This document shows, piece by piece, positions 20,919-30,951 of a stretch of 64,000 nucleotides of DNA. A program made the translations under genes and the position numbers. The notes below the pieces were generated by a model, which saw nothing but the letters and a program-made list of their open reading frames with translations, ran no database searches and was not told where the DNA came from. Origin of the DNA: an uncultured Acidobacteriota bacterium (GTDB taxonomy: Bacteria > Acidobacteriota > Vicinamibacteria > Vicinamibacterales > 2-12-FULL-66-21); assembly GCA_963797625.1 (NCBI GenBank), contig CAWCQI010000013.1, forward strand, positions 28,964 through 92,963, written 5' to 3'. Positions within the stretch are counted from its first letter, which is position 1. Each line of letters starts with the position of its first letter.

Positions 20919-22809
20919 TCACAGCGCGAACTCCTCGGCCCACCGCTCGAACACCATCAGACTGAACAGCACATGCGCGTGGTTGGCACGTCCGGCGCAA
21001 TGCTCGTCGATGAGCCGGCGCGTCTCGGCCGGCTCGATTAATCCGCGCGCCGCGAGCCGCTCCGGCGCGAGCAGGCGCTCCATCAGCGGCTTGAGCTCCC
21101 GCTTCAACCACTGCTTCATCGGAATGCTGAAGCCTTCCTTCTTGCGGTCGAGAATGCGATCGGGCACCAAGCCGCGCAGCGCCTGCTTGAGGATGAACTT
21201 GCGCGTGCCGCCACGAATCTTCAGATCGCCAGGCATCGAGAACGCCAGCTCCATCACCTTCGCGTCCAGAAACGGCGCGCGCGTCTCGAGCGAGGTGGCC
21301 ATACTCATCCGATCGACCTTCACCAGGATGTCGTCGGCGAGATAGATCGACAGATCGGCGTACAGCTGCCGGTTCAACAGGTCGTCGTGGCCCATTCGGG
21401 CCAGCGCTTCCCTGACCGGGCGATAGACATCGGCGGACGCGAGCGCGCCTCGGAACGCGGGCGTATACAAGCGCGCCTTGGCGTCCGCGCCAAGAAACGT
21501 CATCCAGCGATACTGCGCGATCGACGCGGGCGCATGCGCGAGGCCATCGACGAACCGACGCGCCTTGTTGACGAGGCCCTTTTTCTTGTCGGTCGGCGGA
21601 ACGAGCGCCAGCACCGCGTCTGCCGCGCGGGTGGCCGCCTCCGGCATCAGGCCGGCCCACTTCCCCGCCAACGCCTCCGCTTGATAGGCGTCATATCCGC
21701 CGAACAGCTCATCGCCGCCGTCCCCCGTCAGCACAACCTTCACGTGTTCCCGCGCCATCTGGGACACCAGAAACGTCGGGAAGAGCGACACATCGGCAAA
21801 CGGTTCGTCGAGATGGACCACCAGGCGGTCGAAGAGTGATGCGACGTCTGGCGTCACAGTCCCTTCGTGATGCGCGGTCCCGCACAACCGAGCGACTTCC
21901 CGCGCGTACGGCAATTCGTTGTAACTGCCGTCGTCAAAGCCCATGCTGAAGCTCGATACCGCGGAGCTGCCCTGCGCGTCGCGCAGCATGATGCCGACCG
22001 CGCTCGAATCGATGCCGCCGGAGAGAAAGAGACCAATCGGCACGTCGGACATCATCTGGCTGCGCACCGCTTCGCCCAGCGTTTCTCTAAGCGCGTCGGC
22101 GGCCTCATCAACCGACCAGGCCCGCACCTCGACGTCAGCGGCATCCCAGTAGCGCTTGACGGTGACCTGCCCGTCCTTGTAGACGAGATAGTGTGCCGGC
22201 GGCAGTTTGTGAATGGCCTTGAAGATCGTTCGCGGCGCGATGATGTACTCGTAGGTCAGGAACTCATCGAGCGCCTCGTGATCGATGCGTCCGATCGACC
22301 TCGGGCCGCGAGAGCAGCGCCTTGATTTCCGACGCGAGCCGCAATCCTTCGGACGTCACCGTGTAGTACAGCGGCTTTTCACCAGCCCGATCTCGAGCGG
22401 CGATGAGCGCGCGGCGGCGGCCGTCCCACAGCGCGAGCGCGAACATCCCGTGAATTTTCTGGAGAAACGCTTCGCCGTATTCCTCGTAGGCATGGACGAG
22501 GACCTCGACGTCCGAACGGGAGCGGAACCGGTGACCGCGCGCGGCGAGCGCATCCTTGACTTGATTGAAGTTGTAGATCTCGCCATTGGCGACGACCTGC
22601 ATCGAGCCGTCCTCGTTGGCGAACGGCTGCTGGCCGCCGGCAATGTCGACGATGGCGAGCCGGCGCATGGCGAGGCCGACGCCCGGCAGCAGAACGCTGC
22701 CTTCGTCGTCGGGACCCCGATGGTTCAGGGTCCGGACCATCCGCTGCACGTCAATCTCGGCCACAGGCCGAGTCAGATCCCGCTCGACAATCCCGACAAT
22801 CCCGCACAT
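20919..22809 (-). CDS. asnB: Asparagine synthase (glutamine-hydrolysing), frame shift near 22290
   Basis: MCGIVG Ntn nucleophile and GATase-II half in ORF 22264..22809. SGGIDSS PP-loop half in ORF 20919..22127, whose frame stays open upstream to the junction. The span is 3n+1. Confidence 0.8.
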
Positions 22810-22972
22810 GGTCTAGTCTTTCCCGAGGGGCTTTGCCCCTCGGACTCCCCGACACGCTCTCTCACGCGCCGCTTCGCCGGCGCGCTCCGATCGCGTGGCT
22901 CGCTCGCAGGGCTCGCTCGCACTGCTGAGGCCATCCTGGCGATTAATGAGATCGGTTCTAGTCTTTCCTGCC

Positions 22973-23027
22973 GTAGTGTCCGGCTTCAGCCGGACGTCAT
23001 GTTCGTCCGGCGGAAGCCGGACGCTAC
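22973..23027. repeat. REP-like pair (GTAGTGTCCGGCTTCAGCCGGAC and an inverted copy)
   Basis: gtagtgtccggcttcagccggac .. gtccggcggaagccggacgctac. The second copy supplies the TAG stop of 23024..23893. Confidence 0.75.
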
Positions 23028-23893
23028 GTGTTTGTCCCCGAGTCCGACGCCCGCCGATCGCGAATGACGCGCGCGGGCACGCCAGCGGCGACATGAAACT
23101 CCGGCACGTCGGACGTCACCACAGCGCCCGCACCGACGACGGCGTCCCGCCCGATGCGAACGCCGTCGGCCACGACGACGTGGGCTCCCAGCCAGACGTT
23201 GTCGCCAACGTCGATGCCGCGCGCCGTCCGTCCCTGGTCGAGGACCGGCACGTCCACCCGGTCGTACAGATGATCGCCGCCGACGAGATACGTATAGGCG
23301 GCGATGAGCACCTTCTTGCCAACCCTGACCGTCGCAGCCGAGAACACTTCGACATTGAAGCCGACGTTGGCGTCTTCGTCGAGCACGATGTCGCCGTTCT
23401 TGCAACTCAGGATCGTGTTGCGGCCAATGAACACGCCGCGCTTGATCGAAATGCCTTGGTTGGTCGTCCCCTTCGCGTCCAGACAGCACTGGTCGTCGAT
23501 GACGACGTTGTCGTCGATGTCGATCTTGTGGGGGTGCCGCAGCACGACATTGCAGCCGAAGGCGACGTTCCTGCCCACGCGACCCAGAATCAACGGATAG
23601 AGCTTTGAACGCAGAAAGAGGCCGAGCGCTCCCGGCACCCAGGCCGACAGCAGCAGCACGACTTCGTATTTCACGAGTGCCCAGAGACCGGGCTGGCCGA
23701 CGACAAGATCGGCATAGCGCTCGCGCCGCGAACGGCCGGCACCGAACTCGCGCTGGATGTCGGTGATCCGGACGTCTGCCGCGCCAGGAATTTTGCCCAA
23801 TCCGCCCGTGGCTTCGCCCCGCGGCTCAGTTGAACCGCTTGATATTGACACGGGCTTCGTCGTCTCCCGCCAGGCCTGCCGCGCTCGAGACAC
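23024..23893 (-). CDS. Left-handed beta-helix (hexapeptide-repeat) acyl/acetyltransferase with an N-terminal TM segment
   Basis: Hexapeptide periodicity (IDIDDNVVIDD.., VGDNVWLGAHVVVADGVRIGRDAVVGAGAVV). The start is uncertain: ATG 23893 overlaps the upstream gene by 68 nt, and GTG 23773 is an alternative. Confidence 0.7.
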   Translation of the reverse strand: MSRARQAWRETTKPVSISSGSTEPRGEATGGLGKIPGAADVRITDIQREFGAGRSRRERYADLVVGQPGLWALVKYEVVLLLSAWVPGALGLFLRSKLYPLILGRVGRNVAFGCNVVLRHPHKIDIDDNVVIDDQCCLDAKGTTNQGISIKRGVFIGRNTILSCKNGDIVLDEDANVGFNVEVFSAATVRVGKKVLIAAYTYLVGGDHLYDRVDVPVLDQGRTARGIDVGDNVWLGAHVVVADGVRIGRDAVVGAGAVVTSDVPEFHVAAGVPARVIRDRRASDSGTNT

Positions 23894-24878
23894 CGGTCGT
23901 GGCAGATATTCCGGCGATCTGGCGGGGCTCGCTCTGGCGGATTTCCCGGATGACGTAGGTCGGCTTGTCCTGCGACTCGTGATAGGTCCGCGCCTGCATC
24001 TCGGCCAGCAGACCGAGCGTCACTAACTGAACGCCCGTAAAGATCAACAGGATGCCGAGGAGCAGAATCGGCCGATCGGCAATGCCCTGCGTCGTCGTCA
24101 ACCGGACATAGACGAGCCACGCGAGGATCAAGCCACCGACGAGCCCCATGAGCAGGCCCCAAAGCCCGAAGATCTGAACAGGGCGAGTGCGGTAGCTGAT
24201 CAGGAACTTGACCGTCAGCAGGTCGAGGATGACTCGTATCGTGCGCGAGATGCCGTACTTCGACGTGCCGTGCTGTCTCGGCCGATGATTGACGACCGTC
24301 TCCACTGTGGTCACGCCAAACTCGCTGGCGATCGCCGGCAGGAACCGGTGCATTTCGCCGTAGAGCTTCATCGGCTTGACGACCTCTGCACGGAAGACCT
24401 TGAGCGAGCACCCGTAGTCGTGCAGCTTCACGCCGGTGGCCTTCGAGATGATGCGATTGGCGACCATCGATGGCAGGCGGCGGCTGAAGAACTTGTCTTT
24501 TCGATCCTTGCGCCATCCCGCGATGATGTCCGCCGGGTGCTGCTCGAGCTTGGCCACCATCGCGATAATGTCGCGCGGGTCGTTTTGCAGATCGCCGTCC
24601 ATGGTGACGATGTAGCGCCCGCGGGCGTGAGCAAAACCCGCGGCAAAGGCAGCGGTCTGACCAAAATTTCGGCGGAAGCGGATCACGCGGAGCCTGGCAT
24701 CCGAGGTCTGCCGCTCGGCGAGCCGAGCGAAAGTGTCGTCGGTGCTCCCGTCGTCGATGATCAGGATCTCGTACGGGCGGCCGCCGGCCTCGAGCGCCGC
24801 GGTCAGCTCGGCGTAGAGCTGCTCCACATTGGGCGCCTCGTTCTTCATCGGAACGACGACCGAGATGTCCGGCTGCAT
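23826..24878 (-). CDS. GT2 polyprenyl-phosphate glycosyltransferase (ArnC/GtrB/DPM1-like)
   Basis: ISVVVPMKNE, IIDDGSTDDT, MDGDLQNDP (DxD), plus two C-terminal TM helices as in the ArnC/GtrB type. Confidence 0.8.
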   Translation of the reverse strand: MQPDISVVVPMKNEAPNVEQLYAELTAALEAGGRPYEILIIDDGSTDDTFARLAERQTSDARLRVIRFRRNFGQTAAFAAGFAHARGRYIVTMDGDLQNDPRDIIAMVAKLEQHPADIIAGWRKDRKDKFFSRRLPSMVANRIISKATGVKLHDYGCSLKVFRAEVVKPMKLYGEMHRFLPAIASEFGVTTVETVVNHRPRQHGTSKYGISRTIRVILDLLTVKFLISYRTRPVQIFGLWGLLMGLVGGLILAWLVYVRLTTTQGIADRPILLLGILLIFTGVQLVTLGLLAEMQARTYHESQDKPTYVIREIRQSEPRQIAGISATTGVSSAAGLAGDDEARVNIKRFN

Positions 24879-24923
24879 TGATAACTGATAAACGGTTGAT
24901 TATACAGGCTTTCGGCCCGATCG

Positions 24924-25523
24924 TCAAACCGCCGGGCGCTCGCTCCGGCGCTGCCAGAGGATCCAGCCGGCGCCGCCGACGATGACCACCAGGGCGACGA
25001 CCAGCGCGACCGTTCTGGCGTTCTGTCGCAGGAAGTCCGCCGCCTGGTCGCCGTAATAGACCGCGAGCAGGCCCTCACCGAAATACCGAAACCCTCGACC
25101 GATGGCGATCGCCAGGATGAAATCGACGGGCCGGACCTTGGCGACCCCAGCCGCGAGTACGAAAATCTTGAAGGGCGTTGGCGGTGGAAGAATCGAGGGG
25201 ACGAGGATCGCGAGCAGGCCGTAGCGGCGAAACGTCGTCATGGCGCGCTCGACGTACTGCGGGTTGAAGCGCTTGAGGAGGAACGCTTCACCACCCTTGC
25301 GCGCGAGCGCGTACAGCGCCAGGCAGCCGCTGACGGACCCGAGGGTGGTCATCAGCGCGTAGTAGATCATCCGTTCTTCATGCTGCGTCGTCAGCCAGAT
25401 GATCAGGAGATCGTTGACTTCGGGAAACGAGAGAAAAGACGAATCCAGAAACGCGATGATGAACAACCCGGGGCCGCCGAGGGAAACCGCAAAGGCCTTG
25501 ATCCACGCTACGAAACCCGCCAT
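24924..25523 (-). CDS. DedA/YqaA-family (SNARE-associated) membrane protein
   Basis: MAGFVAWIKAF..FLDSSFLSFPEVNDLL..RRYGLLAILVPSILPPPTPFKIFVLAAG. Start taken at the internal ATG 25523. Confidence 0.7.
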   Translation of the reverse strand: MAGFVAWIKAFAVSLGGPGLFIIAFLDSSFLSFPEVNDLLIIWLTTQHEERMIYYALMTTLGSVSGCLALYALARKGGEAFLLKRFNPQYVERAMTTFRRYGLLAILVPSILPPPTPFKIFVLAAGVAKVRPVDFILAIAIGRGFRYFGEGLLAVYYGDQAADFLRQNARTVALVVALVVIVGGAGWILWQRRSERPAV

Positions 25524-25593
25524 TGTCCCAAAGTGTAGACTAGAAGCGCTCTGGCCACCACGAAGCACGATTCAGCCACGACGGTCCGTCTTG

Positions 25594-25694
25594 GTCCGGC
25601 TGAAGCCGGACACCACTACAGCGGTCCGGCTAAAGCCGGACACTACGACGGCGGTCGCACTCTCTGGTTTCGTAGTGTCCGGCTTCAGCCGGAC
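25594..25694. repeat. REP-like cluster (three copies: two direct, one inverted)
   Basis: gtccggctgaagccggacaccactac, gtccggctaaagccggacactac, gtagtgtccggcttcagccggac. Confidence 0.8.
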
Positions 25695-25706
25695 GTCAGC
25701 AAAGAC

Positions 25707-27176
25707 ATGGTGCGCTGGGCGCCCCTGGTGATCGCGGCGGCCACGCTTCTTGCTGGCAGCGCCGCTGCCGTGTACTACGCTCGCGCCGGCCTGGCGCTGA
25801 GCCACTACGACGCGCGCGCGCATCTCGTCGTGGCGCGCCGTATCCTCGACAGCCTGATGCCTGGATGGCAGCAGATTGGCGCCGTCTGGCTTCCCTTCCC
25901 GCATCTCCTGAACATGATCCCTGTGCAGGTGGACGCGTGGTACCGATCCGGCGCGTCGGCGATCGCGATATCGGTGGTATCGATGGCGGCCGGCGCGTGG
26001 GCGCTGGCCTCGTTCATCATCCAGCGGACCGGCTCGATCGCGGCCGGCGCGGCAGCCGCGACACTGCTCCTGGTGAACCCAAACGTCCTTTACCTGCAGA
26101 GCACGCCGATGACCGAGCCATTGCTCTTCGGCACGACACTCGTCGCCGTGGCGCTGGTCGCAGACTGGGTCGATCGTGGCGCGCCGGATTGGCCGCTGGC
26201 GGCGGGGCTGGCTGTCGCGGCGGCATGCATGACGCGGTACGAGGCGTGGCCGGTGTGTGCCGCGCTGCTCGCTCTCGCGTTCGCGGTTCTTCTAAGACGC
26301 GGCACGCCTCCCCGCGCGGCGACGATGGCGATCGCCCGGCTGGCGGCATACCCAACGGTCGCGATTGCGCTCTTCCTGCTCAACAGCCGATGGACGGTCG
26401 GCGCCTGGTTTGTCAGCGCAGGGTTCTTTGTTGCGGAGAACGATGCGATCGGCCAGCCACTGCTGGCCTGGGATCAGGTACGAGAAGGTGTCTATCGACT
26501 CTCGGGTCCGGCTCTGGTGTGGCCGGCGTACGGCGGCGCAGCTTTGATCGCGTGGACCTTTGCGCGATCGCGCTCGCTCGCGTCGATGGTGCTCGTTCTG
26601 GCGCCGATGGGCGCAGCGGCCCTGCCCTGGTACGCATACTTCGAGGGCCACCCGTTCCGCATCCGCTATGGGGTGCCGCTCGTCGTCGCGTGCGCGGCAC
26701 TCGTCGGCGCCGGCATCAGCTTGCTTCCGCGCGTTCTGCGAGCCGGTGCCGCAATCGTCGCCGTGGCAGCGTCTGTCTGGCAGGTCTCACCGCTCGATCG
26801 GACGGCGCCGGTCATCGTCGAGTCACAGCGCGATGCGCAGAACATGGTGGGCCGCCGCGCGGTCACCGCCTATTTGCGCACGCACTACGATGGGCGCCCG
26901 ATCATGATGAGCATGGGATCGCTCGCGCATTACATGCACGACCTGTCACTCGAAGGATTCGACATCCACGATTTTCTGCAGGAAGGCAATGGCGAGGTCT
27001 GGGTATCCGCCATGCAGTACGGACCAGCCGCGTACGTGAGATGGGTGGCGGTCGAGGAACGTGCTGAAGGCGGAGACGCCGTCTACCAGCGGTCGAAGCA
27101 GTTCGCCGGCTTTTTGAAGGGCTTCGAACGGGTCGCGGAGGGAGGCGGCGTAGCCCTCTATCGGGCTACGCCGTGA
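25707..27176 (+). CDS. Polytopic GT-C-like membrane protein with a C-terminal soluble domain
   Basis: 489-aa intact ORF with ~10 TM segments. LSHYDARAHLVVARRILDS loop-1 segment. The family assignment is tentative. Confidence 0.5.
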   Translation: MVRWAPLVIAAATLLAGSAAAVYYARAGLALSHYDARAHLVVARRILDSLMPGWQQIGAVWLPFPHLLNMIPVQVDAWYRSGASAIAISVVSMAAGAWALASFIIQRTGSIAAGAAAATLLLVNPNVLYLQSTPMTEPLLFGTTLVAVALVADWVDRGAPDWPLAAGLAVAAACMTRYEAWPVCAALLALAFAVLLRRGTPPRAATMAIARLAAYPTVAIALFLLNSRWTVGAWFVSAGFFVAENDAIGQPLLAWDQVREGVYRLSGPALVWPAYGGAALIAWTFARSRSLASMVLVLAPMGAAALPWYAYFEGHPFRIRYGVPLVVACAALVGAGISLLPRVLRAGAAIVAVAASVWQVSPLDRTAPVIVESQRDAQNMVGRRAVTAYLRTHYDGRPIMMSMGSLAHYMHDLSLEGFDIHDFLQEGNGEVWVSAMQYGPAAYVRWVAVEERAEGGDAVYQRSKQFAGFLKGFERVAEGGGVALYRATP

Positions 27177-27185
27177 AAGGTGTTT

Positions 27186-27947
27186 TCAGAACCTGAAGTG
27201 CAGGTTCCAGCTGGTCGTCCAGCCACCGAGGTCAATTTTCGGCGCGATCAGACGGCTCTCGGCTGGATCGGTGTCCCCTTCGGCCTTCTGCCAGCGGAAC
27301 TCCACGCCGGTCGTCATCGCGTCGCCAATCGGGAAACGGACGCCGCCGAGCACCACCGGACCGACGGCGGTGCCGTCCGCCGAGTACCGATCGCGGAAAA
27401 TGGTGCCGTCGGAGAAGTCGACGAACTCTCCGGATTCGGTGTAGCGCCAGATGAAAAACCCAATTCCTGCGCCGACGTATGGCTGAACCGGTGCGGCGCG
27501 GCCGATGGGAAGGAAGCGCACAGTGGCAGTGATCGGCAGGACACGCAGCTTCAGGTCCTGCAAAATCTCGGTGCCGTCGACGTCTACGAAGTCGCGATAC
27601 AGGCTTGGCACTGTCTTCTGGTAGTAGTTGACGCCAACGCCGGCCTCGATGAAGTCTCCGATCCCGTAGAGCCATTCGCCGCCGAATGAAAACCCGCTGA
27701 AGTCGCCAATCTCGAAGGCGAGGTCATCGAGGTTGGCGAGCAGCACGTCGTCGTCGATGCGCACGTCTTCACCACGAACCGCGAAGTAACCGAGGTTGAA
27801 CCCCACCGAGTTTCGCGCGTCGCCGCGCGACACCTGGACGATTTGCGCGCTCGCGGGGGACGGCAACCCCGCGACGATCAGCGTGACTCCGGCGATAAGG
27901 CCCAGGCTCGAGATCTTCACGCGATTCAGCCAGTAGCGTTTCATCAT
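27186..27947 (-). CDS. Outer-membrane beta-barrel protein
   Basis: GGAGA RBS before MMKRYW. Signal peptide ..PSPASAQ. Alternating-strand pattern. C-terminal ..WNLHFRF. Confidence 0.7.
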   Translation of the reverse strand: MMKRYWLNRVKISSLGLIAGVTLIVAGLPSPASAQIVQVSRGDARNSVGFNLGYFAVRGEDVRIDDDVLLANLDDLAFEIGDFSGFSFGGEWLYGIGDFIEAGVGVNYYQKTVPSLYRDFVDVDGTEILQDLKLRVLPITATVRFLPIGRAAPVQPYVGAGIGFFIWRYTESGEFVDFSDGTIFRDRYSADGTAVGPVVLGGVRFPIGDAMTTGVEFRWQKAEGDTDPAESRLIAPKIDLGGWTTSWNLHFRF

Positions 27948-28187
27948 GACAGTCTCCGTATGCCGAACCGGACTGCAGGGCCGGGACGGCGTCACTTCCA
28001 TCACCTGAGCATGAAAAGTGCCATCCCCGTGGAGGACGCCGCCCGCTCCAACGCTCCTGGAAAACCCTAAAAACGCCTTACGAGCTTGGCGCGGTAAGGG
28101 CAGGACGGGCCCTGCGACGCCGAAGCCCTGCGGAAGGCGGGGCGGAGGCGAGTGTCATGTCTGGGTGTCACTCGGGACACCTCGAGG

Positions 28188-28234
28188 GGTCAGATCTCGA
28201 TGTTCTGCGTCAGGAAGAAAATCGAGATCTGACC
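28188..28234 (-). terminator. Perfect 14-bp stem hairpin downstream of the IMPase gene
   Basis: ggtcagatctcgat (28188..28201) and atcgagatctgacc (28221..28234) with a 19-nt loop. No U-tract, so a terminator role is uncertain. Confidence 0.3.
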
Positions 28235-28245
28235 CACGGCGAGGA

Positions 28246-29043
28246 TCAGGTCCCGGCAATTGTCTCGAGCATCTGGGCGTGAATCAGGCCATTTGACGCA
28301 AGAACGCTGCCCTCGCGCGACCCGTACGGGCCGCCGGACATTGCAGTCACCTGTCCGCCGGCCTCGGCGACGATGAGCGCGCCGGCCGCGACGTCCCACG
28401 GCTGCAGCTTGCGTTCCCAGAATCCATCGAAGCGCCCGGCCGCCACGTAGCAGAGGTCGAGGGCGGCCGAGCCCAGTCGACGGACGGCGCGTGAACGGCT
28501 GATGAACGCGGCGAAGAGCTCGATGACTTCGCCGGGATCTTTCTGCACGTCGTAATGGAACCCGGTGACGAGCAGCGAGTCGATGAGTGATTCGGCTGAG
28601 GAGACTCGCAGCGGCGCGCCGTTCAGCCAGGCGCCCTGCCCACGCTCGGCCGTGAACAGCTCACGCCGCGTCGGATCGTAGATGGCGGCGACGACCGGCT
28701 GGCCGTCGACCTCGAAGGCCAGCGACGAACAGAAGATCGGCAGGCCGTGCGCGTAGTTGGTGGTGCCGTCGATCGGATCGAACACCCAGCAATGGGACGG
28801 GACGCGTCCGGTGGAGTCGCCGGCCCCGAACTCCTCGCCGAGCACCGCGTGATCGGGAAATCGCTCGGCAATCATCGCGCGGAAACCGCGCTCGATCTCG
28901 ATATCGATCTCGGTGACCAGATCGATGACGCCCTTCTTGTCGACTCGGAACTCGCGCCCGAAGTGCGCCATCTGCACTTCGCCGGCACGCATGACCGCCT
29001 CGACGGCCGTCGCCAGCAGGAGCGGCTGCGGAACGTCAGCCAC
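28246..29043 (-). CDS. Inositol monophosphatase family protein (SuhB-like)
   Basis: GEEFG, WVFDPIDGTTNY, WDVAAG motifs. GTG start at 29043 chosen just inside the upstream gene's end. Confidence 0.8.
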   Translation of the reverse strand: MADVPQPLLLATAVEAVMRAGEVQMAHFGREFRVDKKGVIDLVTEIDIEIERGFRAMIAERFPDHAVLGEEFGAGDSTGRVPSHCWVFDPIDGTTNYAHGLPIFCSSLAFEVDGQPVVAAIYDPTRRELFTAERGQGAWLNGAPLRVSSAESLIDSLLVTGFHYDVQKDPGEVIELFAAFISRSRAVRRLGSAALDLCYVAAGRFDGFWERKLQPWDVAAGALIVAEAGGQVTAMSGGPYGSREGSVLASNGLIHAQMLETIAGT

Positions 29044-29479
29044 CGGACGAGAGCTTTTTGACCATGCGCACTTCCATCCCGCCCTCGTCGCCGCGCCGGA
29101 GCGTGACGTCGTCCATGAAGCTGCGCATGAAAAAGATGCCCCGGCCGCTCGCCTTGAGCAGGTTCTCCGGAGCCAGCGGATCGGCGATTTCTTCGGGATC
29201 GAAGCCCTCGCCCTGATCGAGGACCCGAACGATGAGCTCGCTCGGCTCAGCGGTCGGCGCAAACGTGAACTCGACGGTGACGAGCTTCTGCGCGTCCTCG
29301 CGATTCCCGTGCTTCATCGCATTGATGACCGACTCGCGGACGGCGACGCCGATCCAGTGGACGGCGTCATCATCGAGCCCGCCAAGGTGGGCCATGCGGT
29401 CGCTGACCAACTGGACGAAGTCCAGCATGTCGAAGTTGCTGTGTAGCTGGAGCTTGACCGTACCGCCGCGTGTCAGCAT
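29036..29479 (-). CDS. RsbW/SpoIIAB-like anti-sigma factor serine kinase (HATPase_c_2)
   Basis: ESVINAMKHGN (N-box) and DQGEGFD..GRGIFFM (G-boxes). Start taken at ATG 29479. Confidence 0.65.
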   Translation of the reverse strand: MLTRGGTVKLQLHSNFDMLDFVQLVSDRMAHLGGLDDDAVHWIGVAVRESVINAMKHGNREDAQKLVTVEFTFAPTAEPSELIVRVLDQGEGFDPEEIADPLAPENLLKASGRGIFFMRSFMDDVTLRRGDEGGMEVRMVKKLSSGG

Positions 29480-29630
29480 GCGGGGGCGGCGGCACCGGCG
29501 CCGAGAATTCCGGACGCGGTTTGGACGATGGAGTCGGCGGCCTGAACGTGCACGCTTGGTGCCTTTTATTCTAAACCGGATTCGCCCGGGAATGGGAATC
29601 GGGGTTGGGGCCAATGTTATAGTGCGGAAC

Positions 29631-30951
29631 ATGCCTCACGCGCCAGCCGACGTGGCCCTTGTGAAGCCCGCGGCACGAGTGGCCGGCCGCGTGCGAGTGC
29701 CAGGCGACAAGTCAATCTCCCACCGATACGCCATGCTCGCGGCGCTCGCCGACGGTCGCTCGACCATCCGCGGCTACCTGACTGGCGCCGACTGCCTCTC
29801 GACCCTCGGCTGCCTGCAGGCACTCGGTGTCACGGTGCGCCGTGAGCCCGATCGTTCGGACGGCAGCCCCGGGGACGTTCAGATAGAAGGGCGCGGACTG
29901 AGAGGCCTCGCGGCCGCGCCCATGCCACTCGACGCAGGCAACTCCGGGACCACGATGCGGCTCCTGTCGGGCATCGTGGCCGCACACGAGTTTCGCACAC
30001 TGATGAGCGGCGACGCCTCACTCAACCGCCGCCCGATGCGACGCGTCATCCGGCCGCTCACCGAGATGGGCGCGGCGATCGGATCGCAGGACGGCCGGCC
30101 GCCGCTCACGATCGACGGTGCGAGGCTGCGCGGCATCACCCATCGGCCGGAAGTGCCGAGCGCTCAGATCAAGAGCGCGGTTCTTCTCGCTGGTCTCCAG
30201 GCCGAAGGCGAAACGACTGTTCTCGAGCCCGTGCCAACGCGCGATCATACGGAGCGCGCGTTTCATGAATTTGGCGTGAGGGTCGAGAAGGCCGGCGAGG
30301 CGATTCGCGTCACCGGCGGCCAACGGCTCAAGGCGCGCGATCTGGTGGTCCCGGGCGACGTGTCGAGTGCGGCGTTCTGGATTGCCCTGGCCGCGGGCAC
30401 GCCGGGAGGCGAGATCGAGATCGAAGGGGTGGGCCTGAATCCGACCCGCATCGCCATGCTCGAGATCGTTCGTCGCGCAGGCGCGCGCGTCGAGATCCAG
30501 ATCGACAACGAGGACGCTGGCGAGCCGGTCGGGCGAATCCGCGTGATGTACGACTCGCCGGCCAGCTTCGTTATTGAACCAGACGAAGTGCCAGGAGTCA
30601 TCGACGAGATTCCGGCGCTGGCTGCACTCGGGGTAATTCTGCCCGGCCGGCGCGGAAATGCGCGTCCATGGCGCCGGAGAGCTGCGAGTCAAGGAAAGCG
30701 ACCGGATCAGCTGCCTGGCGACCGGCCTGCAGGCGCTCGGGGCGTCCGTCGAGGAATATCCCGACGGCTTCCGCCTGGTGTCGCGCCCGCTGGCAGGCGG
30801 CACAGTCGACGCTGCTGACGATCATCGGCTGGCGATGGCCTTCGCGGTCGCGGCCACCGGCGCCGCCCAGCCAACGACGATTCTCGGTGCGTCGTCGGTC
30901 GACGTATCGTATCCGGGGTTCTTTGACGCGCTCGAGCGCCTGACGCGGTGA
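29631..30951 (+). CDS. aroA: 3-phosphoshikimate 1-carboxyvinyltransferase (EPSP synthase), frame shift near 30640
   Basis: PGDKSISHR, GNSGTTMRLL, PSAQIKSA, TRDHTE and NPTR in ORF 29232..30818. The C-terminus GELRVKESDRI..DHRLAMAF is in ORF 30658..30951. The span is 3n+1. Confidence 0.85.
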
